This document shows positions 29,408-39,875 of a DNA stretch of 64,000 nt, one piece after another. The DNA is from Bacteroidota bacterium (GTDB lineage Bacteria; Bacteroidota; Bacteroidia; 2-12-FULL-35-15): positions 1,030,119 to 1,094,118 of the forward strand of contig JADKIU010000002.1 of NCBI GenBank assembly GCA_016722565.1, in the 5' to 3' direction. The notes beneath the pieces were generated by a model. That model was given only the letters and a program-made list of their open reading frames with translations, was not told the origin of the DNA and made no database searches. Made by a program: the position numbers and the translations under genes. Numbering within the stretch: the stretch's first letter is position 1; each line of letters opens with the position of its first letter.

Positions 29408-30877
29408 TTAGTCTCCTTTATGGAAAGGTAAATATTTATGAAATTCAGGAACAATTTTCATTACGTATGCTAGTCCTACATAGGTAACCGTGATAACACT
29501 CGTCTTCACTACCATTGCAATAATTCCGGATTCAATAGTTGGCAATAAAAAAGTTATTCCAAAAGACAATCCAATCACCAACAGGATTTTCAAACTGGAT
29601 AAATCATAGGGCTGCATCTTATAAAAAATCAATATCAATAAAAACTTCGTTACATTATACAATACTGCCAACGCTCCCGTTACCAAAGCGGCTCCAATCA
29701 TTCCATAAACAGGAATCAGCCAGAGGTTAAAGATTAATGCTAGCACCATCAATACGATTAACAAAACTGTGCCATAAAGATATTTGGGCGAATTAAAAAT
29801 AATCGAAGTATTTACTCCCGTTGAAACATTTAAAAAGGCCGCACAACAGGATATGATTGTAACAGTAGCACCTTTATGATATTCTTCCGGCAACAAACCT
29901 AATAGTTCATGCACATTACTAATTATTCCCACCAACAAAATTCCACTTACCAACATCAAATATTTCACCGATTGATAATAGATTTTTTTTATGCTTTCAA
30001 AATCCTCGTTTGCGAATGCTTGCGCAACTTTCGAATGAGAAATACGTTCCAACGAGTTCAAGGGTATTTCAATGATCAATGAAATATATGCTGCTACTGC
30101 AAAAACACCTACATACGATAAATCCCAGTACTTGCCGATGATTACCGCATCCAAATGTTTTAAACTCAAGGAGGCAACATTGCTAAGTGTTAAAAACAAA
30201 CCATACCCAATTAATTTGTTCAATCCTACCCCTCTCAAGTAATGATTATCAATTTTAAGTGATGGTCTATCAATTTTATACAAATATCCACACATCCAGA
30301 TGGTTTGTAATAAATAGCTAAAAACAAAAAGGTGAATAAACTGAGAAAGCGATAGTAGTTTAAAATAATAAAAGACAATCAAAACAATAAAGAGTACACG
30401 TGATAAAATGCCTTCTAAAAATGTAATGATGGTTGTTTTAAAAAGCGATGATGAATATGCATTTAAAGCCATATTTACGCCCATAATGGTGGCAAACGGA
30501 AGTATCAAATCAAAATAATAGGTAAACATGGGTGATTGTTCTACATATTGACGAACAATCATGTCCTTAAAAGAATACACCAATACACCACAAACGATTG
30601 TCCCAACAAGTGGAAAAAGCATCATAAAACCAAAATAACCGTGGTGTCGTTTGTCTTCGTTTCTAAAAAAAGGAAAATATCGGGTTGTGATACTACTTAC
30701 TCCTAATGGTAAAATGGTTGCTAATAAACTGGCTGCAGCAACCAAAATTCTTGTTAATCCAAGTTCCTCGGGCTTTAAAAGATTCGGTTGAATAAACATT
30801 AAGCTCACAAAGCCAATAACAACACCAATATAGGTAATAAGTGTATTCTGAATTCCTTGCTTTTTAATTGTGCTCAA
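29408..30877 (-). CDS. wzx: Oligosaccharide flippase (MOP/Wzx family), 489 aa, paralog of 42499..43968
   Basis: About 12 TM helices; shares RYFPFFRNEDKRHHGYF and C-terminal MQPYDLSSLKI with the second copy. Confidence 0.7.
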   Translation of the reverse strand: MSTIKKQGIQNTLITYIGVVIGFVSLMFIQPNLLKPEELGLTRILVAAASLLATILPLGVSSITTRYFPFFRNEDKRHHGYFGFMMLFPLVGTIVCGVLVYSFKDMIVRQYVEQSPMFTYYFDLILPFATIMGVNMALNAYSSSLFKTTIITFLEGILSRVLFIVLIVFYYFKLLSLSQFIHLFVFSYLLQTIWMCGYLYKIDRPSLKIDNHYLRGVGLNKLIGYGLFLTLSNVASLSLKHLDAVIIGKYWDLSYVGVFAVAAYISLIIEIPLNSLERISHSKVAQAFANEDFESIKKIYYQSVKYLMLVSGILLVGIISNVHELLGLLPEEYHKGATVTIISCCAAFLNVSTGVNTSIIFNSPKYLYGTVLLIVLMVLALIFNLWLIPVYGMIGAALVTGALAVLYNVTKFLLILIFYKMQPYDLSSLKILLVIGLSFGITFLLPTIESGIIAMVVKTSVITVTYVGLAYVMKIVPEFHKYLPFHKGD

Positions 30878-30924
30878 TGTGATTTTTTATTGGTGTAACG
30901 ATTTTCTGCCGAAAAAATTGCGAA

Positions 30925-31674
30925 TCACGTCATCGACTTTTTCGACAATCTATGAACAGGGAAACGAAATAAAATATACAAATGATTTAGGATTGTCATA
31001 AAAAAACCATAGTGTTTCGACATGATATTAAAACGTTCAAAAAGTGCCTTTTTTCTCCGTTTGTTAGACGTACCACCTTCTAAAAATTTAGAAATGTAAT
31101 TTTTCGTATTTACAATTCGAATTGATTTTTTCAAAATCGAAATCACCCAATCAATATCTGCACTAACGGAATAAGAAGTATCATAGGCCTCACACAAACT
31201 TCGTTTAGCAATAAAGGATTGATGAGAGACACACATTCCGTACTTCAAGCTCTTCCAATTCAGCTGCTCCGGGGGACTTAACCTTCTGTCGCCAAGCAGA
31301 TCTCCTTTTTGATTAACCACAGCAGTATTTCCATAATAAACATCTGCATCACCAAAAGAAAAAACAGACGCAATGGTTTCGTTGGCGAACAACTCATCAC
31401 CTGCATTTAAAAAAAGAACATAATCACCGGTAGCAACATTTAATCCTTTATTCATTGCATCATAAATCCCATTGTCTTTACCCGAAAGAATTACGGCTAT
31501 TTTAGACTGATATTTTTCAGCAATTTCGAGCGTACCATCCGAAGATGCACCATCAATAATAATGTACTCTACATTCGCATAGGTTTGATGAATGACACTT
31601 TTTATCGTGCGTTCAATCAATGAATGTCCGTTAAAAACAACAGTAATAATGCTTATTTTAGGATTAAATTGCAT
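30925..31674 (-). CDS. Glycosyltransferase family 2
   Basis: ISIITVVFNG...IIIDGASSDGT...DxD-like motif, and a QSF...KRS tail typical of GT2. Confidence 0.8.
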   Translation of the reverse strand: MQFNPKISIITVVFNGHSLIERTIKSVIHQTYANVEYIIIDGASSDGTLEIAEKYQSKIAVILSGKDNGIYDAMNKGLNVATGDYVLFLNAGDELFANETIASVFSFGDADVYYGNTAVVNQKGDLLGDRRLSPPEQLNWKSLKYGMCVSHQSFIAKRSLCEAYDTSYSVSADIDWVISILKKSIRIVNTKNYISKFLEGGTSNKRRKKALFERFNIMSKHYGFFMTILNHLYILFRFPVHRLSKKSMT

Positions 31675-32403
31675 TTACTTTTTATAAAAAATGCCGTTAC
31701 ATTGTAATACTTTTCCTGTCACATTATCCGTGAAAGCTGGTACAATACTGGTTAATACAAAGCCTTTTTGCTCCATATACTCCAACACTTGAGGTAGCAA
31801 CCATGTTTGATTTTCATATAACGGCACTAGCGAAATCTCCATTTCAATCCCTTTTGCCAGAGCAATCATTTCTGAAGCTCCTTTTAGCACTTCTTGCTCA
31901 AACCCTTGCACATCAATTTTCAAAAAAATGTTTTTTGAAGAACCGATATACGTTTTTGCAATTTCATCCAATGGATAAACAGTCACTTTCTCCTTTCCAA
32001 TAATCTTGGATTCAGGGGCGCCTTCAATATGTGTGTCCAACATGGTTAGAAGCGTGCTGCTAACCGAATTGGCAGAAATATTAATTTCAATTTCTTCCTT
32101 TTTTGAACCAATTGCGCAACGCGGAGCCACTGTCCAATTTGTATGGGATTTACTTGCATTTTCAATAATTGAATGAACAGATGACAAAGGTTCAAACGAA
32201 ACAATTTTCTGCTGATACCCAACATCCATTATTCCTGTAGCATATTGCCCTTTATTTGCTCCAATATCAAAAACCAAATCAATGCTATAGTGTTCGAATA
32301 GTTTAATACGTCTCAAATCTTCACTTGTAGCAGCATTGTACTTGCGTATTAAAATTCCGAAATTTTGAAATATTTTTTTTGTGATTCGTTCAAAGCTATT
32401 CAT
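31675..32403 (-). CDS. FkbM-family SAM-dependent methyltransferase (start uncertain; the ORF extends to 32541)
   Basis: The DLVFDIGANKGQYA motif and overall FkbM architecture. Confidence 0.65.
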   Translation of the reverse strand: MNSFERITKKIFQNFGILIRKYNAATSEDLRRIKLFEHYSIDLVFDIGANKGQYATGIMDVGYQQKIVSFEPLSSVHSIIENASKSHTNWTVAPRCAIGSKKEEIEINISANSVSSTLLTMLDTHIEGAPESKIIGKEKVTVYPLDEIAKTYIGSSKNIFLKIDVQGFEQEVLKGASEMIALAKGIEMEISLVPLYENQTWLLPQVLEYMEQKGFVLTSIVPAFTDNVTGKVLQCNGIFYKK

Positions 32404-32522
32404 TGCATCAAAAGTATTAGACTGCAATATTAAGGAATTTTGGGATGGTTTGGGAATTTTAAGTCCGCTAAAACCATTAAAAAACAAACCAATAAAGCAT
32501 AATTTTATTACATTTGTGAAGC

Positions 32523-33395
32523 ATGTCAGCTGAAAAATCATATAAAGAAGTGAGTGGATTTATCACTCAAATTGCAAACACTTGCATTTCTGTTTTAAAG
32601 GTATTTGTCCGCTCTAAATTCGGAGTGCATTTACCAACAGCTCAGGAAGAAACATGTATTGTATTGGGAAACGGCCCCTCACTTAAAAAATCATTTGAGA
32701 ACCATCCCGATTTTTTCACAAAGCATTCATTGATTTGCGTGAACAACTTTTCGCTTACACAATACTATGAAAAATTACAGCCAAAGTATTATGTGATGTT
32801 GGATCCAGGATACTGGTTTGGAAACAACCAAACGGTGATTGATACGATTAACTGCATCCAAACAAAAACAACTTGGGAAATGCATTTACTCCTGCCACCT
32901 GCTGCAAAAAAATCGGTTTTGCTTCAGCAACTGATTGAAAAAAACAAGAACATCCATCCTACTTATTTTAACTATACAGTTTTTAAAGGGTTCAAAAATA
33001 TTGCTCATCGTTTTTACAAAAAGAACTTGGCCATGATTCAAAGTCAGAATGTTTTGGTTGCCTCCGTTTTTCTAGGAATAAACATGGGATATAAAAAAGT
33101 GTATGTTTTTGGAGCAGATCATACCTGGCATGAAAATTTGCATGTGGATGAGAACAATGTTCTTTGCTTGAAAAATGTGCATTTTTATGAAAACGAAGAG
33201 CTAATAAAATACACTCCCTTCTATAAGGGAGTTCATACGAAAGAAACATTCCGTATGGACGAAATTCTAGTGACATGGGGAAAAACCTTTTATGGATATG
33301 TGGCATTGAATGAATATGCCGTTTCTCAGAATTGCACAATTTATAACGCAAGTGAAATTTCTTTTATAGACGCTTTTAAACGTATTAAACTGTAA
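32523..33395 (+). CDS. GT42/DUF115 (MAF_flag10)-like glycosyltransferase; candidate nonulosonic-acid (pseudaminic acid) transferase
   Basis: IVLGNGPSLK and VNNFSLTQYYEKL...MLDPGYW resemble the N-terminal motifs of Cst-II-type sialyltransferases and Maf proteins. Located beside the pse genes. Confidence 0.5.
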   Translation: MSAEKSYKEVSGFITQIANTCISVLKVFVRSKFGVHLPTAQEETCIVLGNGPSLKKSFENHPDFFTKHSLICVNNFSLTQYYEKLQPKYYVMLDPGYWFGNNQTVIDTINCIQTKTTWEMHLLLPPAAKKSVLLQQLIEKNKNIHPTYFNYTVFKGFKNIAHRFYKKNLAMIQSQNVLVASVFLGINMGYKKVYVFGADHTWHENLHVDENNVLCLKNVHFYENEELIKYTPFYKGVHTKETFRMDEILVTWGKTFYGYVALNEYAVSQNCTIYNASEISFIDAFKRIKL

Positions 33396-33398
33396 ATC

Positions 33399-34079
33399 AT
33401 GCTCGCTATTTTTAATAACCCTTCCACACATTGGTTCCGCTGGCTTTTCACAAAATGGAATCTTGAATTCAAATACCGTAAGCAAAAGTTAAAGTTGGAA
33501 TACATGGTGGAAATAAATAACTGCACCTTTAACAATTATAATACTATATACAAATATTCCCGTTTACGCGACTCTTCCTTTGGTGATTTCAGTTATGCCG
33601 CACGCAATTGTCAAATTTATAATACCAAAGTTGGCAAATTCACCTGCATTGGCCCTAATGTAAATACTGGCATGGGTGCTCATCCTTCAGCAGATTTTGT
33701 ATCCAGCCACCCGCTTTTCTATTCTACATTGGGTCAAAGCTCTGGAATGGTGATTGTAGACAAAAATCTTTTTGATGAATTTCCAGAAACCGCTATTGGC
33801 AATGATGTTTGGATAGGAAACAATGTAACAATTAAATACGGTGTAAACATTGGCAATGGAGCCATTATTGGTTCAGGAGCCGTTGTTACGAAGGATGTTG
33901 AACCTTACAGTATTGTGGGCGGTGTTCCAGCAAAAGTGATCAAATATCGATTCACAGACGAACAGATTGATTTTTTACAACAGTTCAAATGGTGGGACAA
34001 AGATCTTGAATGGTTGAAAGCAAATAAAGATAAGTTCCAAAATATTGGCGAATTTATGGCTCAAAATCCAATAAAATAA
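33399..34079 (+). CDS. Hexapeptide-repeat (LbH) acetyltransferase
   Basis: GNDVWIGNNVTIKYGVNIGNGAIIGSGAVVTKDVEPYSIVGGVPAKVIKYRF. Confidence 0.8.
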   Translation: MLAIFNNPSTHWFRWLFTKWNLEFKYRKQKLKLEYMVEINNCTFNNYNTIYKYSRLRDSSFGDFSYAARNCQIYNTKVGKFTCIGPNVNTGMGAHPSADFVSSHPLFYSTLGQSSGMVIVDKNLFDEFPETAIGNDVWIGNNVTIKYGVNIGNGAIIGSGAVVTKDVEPYSIVGGVPAKVIKYRFTDEQIDFLQQFKWWDKDLEWLKANKDKFQNIGEFMAQNPIK

Positions 34080-34170
34080 GAGCTTTTACTGCTATTCATC
34101 CAATCTTCAAAATCTTTGGTATTTCGCTAAACTCTGCTTATTTTTGGGTTTTATTTGAAAACCCTAAAAT

Positions 34171-35187
34171 ATGTTAGATTTAAACGGCAAATCAATTTTA
34201 ATTACCGGAGGTACCGGCTCATTAGGAAAGCATTTAACTAAAAATATTCTCTCCAAATTTCCCAAAGTAAAACGCTTGGTCATCTTCTCCAGAGATGAGC
34301 AAAAGCAATTTGAAATGGCACAAGAGTATTCTCACGCAAAATATCCGGCTATTCGTTACTTTATTGGCGATGTCAGAGATTTTGATCGTTTGAAAAAAGC
34401 ATTTACTGAGATTGATTACGTTATTCATGCTGCTGCCATGAAACATGTTCCCATTGCCGAATACAATCCGATGGAATGCGTAAAAACAAATGTACTGGGA
34501 GCAGAAAACGTTATCAATGCATCTATGGAAATGGGAATAAAAAATGTAGTTGCCTTATCTACAGACAAAGCAGCCGCTCCTATTAACTTATACGGTGCTA
34601 CAAAATTATGTTCAGACAAATTATTTGTAGCAGCAAATAACATCAGAGGAAAAGCAGATATTAAATTTTCTGTTGTGCGTTATGGAAATGTAATGGGTTC
34701 TAATGGCTCTGTAATTCCATTCTTTATGAAAAAGAAGAAAGAAGGTGTTTTGCCAATTACAGACCCAAATATGACACGCTTCAACATATCACTTCAAGGT
34801 GGGGTAGACATGGTTTTACATGCTATGGAAACAGCCTGGGGTGGAGAAATATTTGTACCTAAAATACCTTCATACAAAATTACCGATGTAGCAAAAGCGA
34901 TTGCCCCTGATTGCAAACAGGAAGTGATTGGCATCCGCCCTGGAGAAAAAGTGCACGAAGAAATGATTACTTCTTCCGATTCATTTTCAACATACGATTT
35001 AGGAAAATATTACGCGATACTACCACAGGTTCCCTGCTTTAAAATTGAAGATTTTACAAAACATTTTAATGCAAAATTAGTTCCGCAAGGATTTCAGTAT
35101 AACTCAGGTGAAAACACTGAATGGGTGAACGTTGATGAAATAAGAAAATTAATTGTGGAACATGTTGATTCGGAATTCACAGTTTAA
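34171..35187 (+). CDS. pseB: UDP-N-acetylglucosamine 4,6-dehydratase (inverting), PseB/FlaA1
   Basis: ILITGGTGSLGK, SRDEQKQFEM, YFIGDVRD, HAAAMKHVPIAEYNP, LYGATKLCSDKLFVAANN, GEIFVPKIPS. Near-collinear with PseB along its length. Confidence 0.9.
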   Translation: MLDLNGKSILITGGTGSLGKHLTKNILSKFPKVKRLVIFSRDEQKQFEMAQEYSHAKYPAIRYFIGDVRDFDRLKKAFTEIDYVIHAAAMKHVPIAEYNPMECVKTNVLGAENVINASMEMGIKNVVALSTDKAAAPINLYGATKLCSDKLFVAANNIRGKADIKFSVVRYGNVMGSNGSVIPFFMKKKKEGVLPITDPNMTRFNISLQGGVDMVLHAMETAWGGEIFVPKIPSYKITDVAKAIAPDCKQEVIGIRPGEKVHEEMITSSDSFSTYDLGKYYAILPQVPCFKIEDFTKHFNAKLVPQGFQYNSGENTEWVNVDEIRKLIVEHVDSEFTV

Positions 35188-35235
35188 CCAACTTTTCTAT
35201 AACAAACCTTAATCTTTACTTATTAATTAAATATA

Positions 35236-36813
35236 ATGCGCTCATATTACAGTCATTTGCAAGCGGTAAAAAGTACAGGAGAAGAAGTACTTATAACTCA
35301 AAAGCCGACCTTTAGATCATCGGCTATATTTCCCGTTTTACACAACAATGACTATTCATCAAAAGTTGTTTTTATGGGTTATTGGCTCTTGAAAAGAAAC
35401 ATCAAAGAAATAGGATTGCTTTATACCCTTCGAAGTGCCGAAGGAACAATATTATCTAGAAAATATTTACTTATAGATTCTGCCAAAGCATTTTCAATTC
35501 AATTAAGCGAATTCAGCGATAGTATTGATACTAATTTTATTGGTTCATTAGAGCTTGAAATATTTTCAACACAAGATCTTGTTTATCCTTATCCTGCATT
35601 TGTTCTGATTTATTTTGGAGATCATTTTTCCACAGCTGTTCATACGGTTGGTCGCATTTATAACGACATGGAGGATCTTGCAAAAAACGAAGAATATAAA
35701 GTTCGTGAATCAGGGTTTGATATATACGGCAATGATAATTTATCCCCTTTTGTTGCTTTTACTAATGGGCCAGTCAAAAACGACCAACCACAAATCACTT
35801 ATGAAATTAATGGTCCTGAACAAAAAACTGTCAAGGGCTCCTTCAATATATCTCAAGTAAAACCATTCGAAACTGTTTTTATAAAACTAAAAGAACATAT
35901 AGATCTTGCAACTATTTTAAACGGGGAAGCTGGCTCAATCAAAATCGGACATAACCTAGAAGGCTTCTTCCCAAGATTTGCAGTTGGTAATTTTGACGAA
36001 CATAAAAAATCAGTGAGTATCACACATTCTTACTACGACTGCTCTTCATTATCAGATGAAAAATCTTTTTGGAATCGTAAAGATGAACTAATGAACGACA
36101 GTTCTGTTTCCATTCCGCTTTATATAACAGGAAATTTGTATACACGAATTGCTATTTACCCGATTTTTTCACCTTCCGACTTCTCACTTTCATATGCTTT
36201 TTATAATGAGAGCGGACAACTTATAAAGTTCTTGGAGCACTATCACTTGATAAAAAGCGATGAAAATGCATACGAACAAATCGACTTCAAATCAATTCTT
36301 CAAAAAGAAAAGATTGACCTCGACAAACCAAAAACCGTTAATCTTATCTGTAACTGGCAAGACAAAAACAAGATTCCAACACGTGTCAAATTTGGATTAA
36401 ATATTGGAAAAGAAAGCGAAACACCTGAACTACCAACTAACATCTGTTTTGCACCTCAATTAGGAAATCCTGCTGTTTTGAAAAAAACAGGAACTTTCCG
36501 CTGGGCTCCTTTTATCAATATTGGAAGGTCAGAAGTTGTATTAACCAACTCCTCTTCGCTAAAGCAATATTCAACGCCTGCGAATGTGAAATTAAGTTTT
36601 CATAGAGAATGTGATGATCAAAGGATTCATCGGGAAATTAGTATTCCAGGCAATGGAAGTTTAACAATCGATTTGGGAACAGACAAAGAAATATCTTCTT
36701 TTTTAAATGAAAAAAGCGGATGGTTAACAGCGGTTTCTGATAATCCATTTTTAAACGGCTACTATTTTGATTTTTTTGAAAGCGGCTCAGTTGGAGCTGA
36801 TCATATATTTTAA
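35236..36813 (+). CDS. Hypothetical 525-aa soluble protein of unknown function embedded in the pse locus
   Basis: No recognisable motifs (no PLP, Rossmann or TM signature). Gene order and tight spacing with pseB and the methyltransferase suggest co-transcription. Confidence 0.4.
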   Translation: MRSYYSHLQAVKSTGEEVLITQKPTFRSSAIFPVLHNNDYSSKVVFMGYWLLKRNIKEIGLLYTLRSAEGTILSRKYLLIDSAKAFSIQLSEFSDSIDTNFIGSLELEIFSTQDLVYPYPAFVLIYFGDHFSTAVHTVGRIYNDMEDLAKNEEYKVRESGFDIYGNDNLSPFVAFTNGPVKNDQPQITYEINGPEQKTVKGSFNISQVKPFETVFIKLKEHIDLATILNGEAGSIKIGHNLEGFFPRFAVGNFDEHKKSVSITHSYYDCSSLSDEKSFWNRKDELMNDSSVSIPLYITGNLYTRIAIYPIFSPSDFSLSYAFYNESGQLIKFLEHYHLIKSDENAYEQIDFKSILQKEKIDLDKPKTVNLICNWQDKNKIPTRVKFGLNIGKESETPELPTNICFAPQLGNPAVLKKTGTFRWAPFINIGRSEVVLTNSSSLKQYSTPANVKLSFHRECDDQRIHREISIPGNGSLTIDLGTDKEISSFLNEKSGWLTAVSDNPFLNGYYFDFFESGSVGADHIF

Positions 36814-36830
36814 TTTTAAACATTCAATCA

Positions 36831-37469
36831 ATGAAAACAAAACAAATTGACTTTTGGAAAAGCGATTTCGGAAAAGAATACACAGATAGATGTTCACGCT
36901 CAGCCGAAGAGTGGGATAAATTTTATGTCAATACCTGGGGAAAAACAAAAATAGAAATGAATCAAAGTTTTCTTGGTTCCTTATCAAAAGATATAAAGAT
37001 ATTAGAAGTAGGTTGTAATACTGGAATGCAATTAAACGGATTGCAGCGTATGAACTTTGAAAATATTTATGGAGTAGAACTTCAATCTTATGCTGTTGAA
37101 GAAGCAAAAAAATATACAAAGAATATAAATATTATTTGCGGCTCAGGGTTTGACCTTCCTTTTAAAGATAAGTATTTTGATGTAGTTTGCACCAATGGAG
37201 TTCTTATACATATTTCACCTGATGATTTACCAAAAATAATGAGCGAGATGTATCGATGCTCAAAAAAATATATTTGGGGTTTTGAATACTTTGCAGAAAA
37301 TATTACGGAGATAGATTATCGTGGAAACAAAAATTATCTATGGAAAGCCGACTATGCAAGCTTGTTTATGAAACAGTTTCCCGATTTAAAATTGGTTAAA
37401 CGTGAAAAATATCCATACATAACCAATCCAGAGAATGTTGATCACATGTACCTTTTAGAAAAACAATAA
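36831..37469 (+). CDS. Class I SAM-dependent methyltransferase (resembles the pseudaminic-acid-biosynthesis-associated methylase family)
   Basis: ILEVGCNTGMQL motif I and DVVCTNGVLIHI motif; about 210 aa. Confidence 0.6.
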   Translation: MKTKQIDFWKSDFGKEYTDRCSRSAEEWDKFYVNTWGKTKIEMNQSFLGSLSKDIKILEVGCNTGMQLNGLQRMNFENIYGVELQSYAVEEAKKYTKNINIICGSGFDLPFKDKYFDVVCTNGVLIHISPDDLPKIMSEMYRCSKKYIWGFEYFAENITEIDYRGNKNYLWKADYASLFMKQFPDLKLVKREKYPYITNPENVDHMYLLEKQ

Positions 37470-37472
37470 GCC

Positions 37473-38279
37473 GTGATGACACCAGTTTCTATTAACAATT
37501 TTTTTAATGACAAAAACCCTTGGACACTGCGTTTGTTGGGGCATGTCCCTTTCCAGAAAAACAGAGATATTGAACAAGTAGAAAACGAATATAACTTAGA
37601 CAAATATGCTAAACTTCTTGCATTTGACTTTAAAACGGTTGAAGAATATAAAGCGAAAGAATTTGAATTAGGTGGCATGAATCCAATAACTGGAGAAATG
37701 CATATTTCATGTGGCGAAGAGATATTTAAAACAAGTGTAAAAGTTGCCAGAGAAAAATATTACGAACTAATTTTATCAACTTTAAAAAAATACCCATCAA
37801 AAAATTATTGTGAACTAGGCTGTGGCTATGGTTACAATCTACATTTAATCGGTAGCAACGCCTACGGAGGTGAGTATTCAATAAACGCAGTAAATCTTGG
37901 AAAAAAAATAGGCTTACCTGTAACCGAATTCAATTACTACAACGAAAAAGATTATGATTTTATAATGCCTGACACAACTATTTTTACAGCTCATAGCATT
38001 GAACAAATTCCTGATGCTACAATTATCATCAACAATCTGGAAAAACAAAAATCAAAAATAAATTATGTTGTTCACTTCGAACCCACTGTAATAAAAGAGC
38101 GAACAAGCCTGCTTGGACTAATGCGGAACAAATACATGGAACTGAATGATTATAACAGAAATCTATTGACCATCTTGCAAGAAAGAAACGACATAGAAAT
38201 TCTGGAATTAAACAAAGATATTTTCGGATTGGTTCCATTAAATACAACCAACCTGATTGTTTGGAAATTTAAAAAATAA
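37473..38279 (+). CDS. Second SAM-dependent methyltransferase-like protein
   Basis: ELGCGYGYNL (motif I) with a downstream acidic-loop pattern. Confidence 0.45.
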   Translation: MMTPVSINNFFNDKNPWTLRLLGHVPFQKNRDIEQVENEYNLDKYAKLLAFDFKTVEEYKAKEFELGGMNPITGEMHISCGEEIFKTSVKVAREKYYELILSTLKKYPSKNYCELGCGYGYNLHLIGSNAYGGEYSINAVNLGKKIGLPVTEFNYYNEKDYDFIMPDTTIFTAHSIEQIPDATIIINNLEKQKSKINYVVHFEPTVIKERTSLLGLMRNKYMELNDYNRNLLTILQERNDIEILELNKDIFGLVPLNTTNLIVWKFKK

Positions 38280-38282
38280 CAC

Positions 38283-39020
38283 GTGCCTGCTACTACTCCA
38301 CATATCGGTATCATTTCACAAGCAAGAATGACGAGTTCCCGTTTACCTGGAAAAATTTTTAAGAAAATCAACAGAAAATCATTGTTACAATACCATATTG
38401 AACGGTTACAAAAAACAGGGTTCGACATTGCAATTGCCACTACAACAAATGCAACGGATGATGTTGTTGCTGATTTTGCAGCCAAACAAACCATTGCTTG
38501 TCACCGTGGAAGCGAAAACAATGTACTCAGCAGATTTTACCAAACTGCTATAAAATTCAACTATGATATTATTGTAAGGGTAACTTCCGACTGCCCCTTA
38601 ATAGATCAACATCTTATTCGAAATGCTGTGGAAAAATACATGCAATTCAACAACCCCAATTTATATATTAGCAATAGTATTGAACGGACATTTGCAAGAG
38701 GTTTTGATTTTGAAATATTTTCATTTCAATTGTTAGAAGATGCCTTCAAAAATGCGACTGACAAATCAGATCTGGAACATGTTACGCCTTACATTTGGAA
38801 AAACAAATCTGGAAAAACTGATTTCTATTTCATAAAACAAACCACTGACAACAGTCACCTCAGAATAACAGTGGATACATCCGAAGATTTTGAATTAATC
38901 AAAGTTTTAATTGAAAAACATCAGGCAGATACATTACCTTATTCAGAAATAGAAACTATTCTATTGAAGCACCCTGAACTGGTTGCTTTGAACGCACACA
39001 TCGAACAGAAAAAAGCTTAA
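38283..39020 (+). CDS. Cytidylyltransferase of the CTP_transf_3 family (SpsF/PseF-like; likely CMP-pseudaminic acid synthetase)
   Basis: IGIISQARMTSSRLPGK nucleotide-binding motif; about 245 aa; position within the pse locus. Confidence 0.6.
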   Translation: MPATTPHIGIISQARMTSSRLPGKIFKKINRKSLLQYHIERLQKTGFDIAIATTTNATDDVVADFAAKQTIACHRGSENNVLSRFYQTAIKFNYDIIVRVTSDCPLIDQHLIRNAVEKYMQFNNPNLYISNSIERTFARGFDFEIFSFQLLEDAFKNATDKSDLEHVTPYIWKNKSGKTDFYFIKQTTDNSHLRITVDTSEDFELIKVLIEKHQADTLPYSEIETILLKHPELVALNAHIEQKKA

Positions 39021-39024
39021 CAAC

Positions 39025-39863
39025 ATGGCAAAAGAACTCAATATCGACAAAGCAAGTTTTGAAAGAGACGGATATGTTGTGGTGAAAAACGTTTTCACAG
39101 CAGAAGAAATTAACACCTTGCGAAAAGAAGCATATCAACAATACGAAATCGACAAAGAGAAAAAGTTGGACTTTCTGGTTACCAACATGAAAACAAAAGC
39201 GAAATACACTCGTGGAGATTTATTGAGCAAAGAACTACTGCGTCATGCGTTATTAGACGAACGTATTTTAAAAATTGCAAAAACCATTCTAGGAAAAATG
39301 AAATAATCTATTTTGGAGACAGTTCATATCAAATTGGAACGGGAACACGTGGCTTTCACCGCGATTGCATCGACCGCACAAATTTGGATGGACCAGATTG
39401 GCAAGGTGAGTATACGTTGGTGCGATTAGGAATTTATTTGCAGGATCATAAAAATTATAGCGGAGGATTAAAAATAAAATTGGGAACCCACAAACAAGCT
39501 GACGGAAAACCAGTTTTTGTAGACAGCGAAGTGGGTGATGTTGCAATCTGGAGTTTAAAAACCGTTCACAGTGGAAATGCTGTACGACTAAAATTATTTC
39601 CGAATTATTCAATCAACACTTCGGGAAAAGAAAATATAATTCCAGAATTTCTTAAAAAAGATCAGCAGCACGAACGGATTTCTTTATTCATGACGTATGC
39701 TTTAAAATCCAGTCATTTAGACCGTTACATCAACGAGTATACATTAAAAAGAAAAGACACAATTGAACATGCGAAAGCATCTAAGTTCGATGATTCGGTA
39801 GTTTCATTGGCCAAACAAAGAGGCGTAGAGATTCTGAAACCAATCCCCGAATACGGTGGTTAA
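39025..39863 (+). CDS. PhyH-family Fe(II)/2-oxoglutarate dioxygenase, split by a homopolymer frameshift at A5 run 39294-39298
   Basis: N-terminal ERDGYVVVKNVF. Adding one A gives ...ILGKNEIIYFGDSSYQIGTGTRGFHRDCID... (HxD), continuing into WSLKTVHSGNA (distal His). Confidence 0.65.
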
Positions 39864-39875
39864 TTTTTCAACGAC

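Noticed and set aside
34130-34170. Hairpin gggtttt-atttg-aaaaccc immediately upstream of the pseB ATG, considered as a terminator
   Set aside because: There is no downstream U-tract and it overlaps the expected RBS region. It could equally be coincidental secondary structure.
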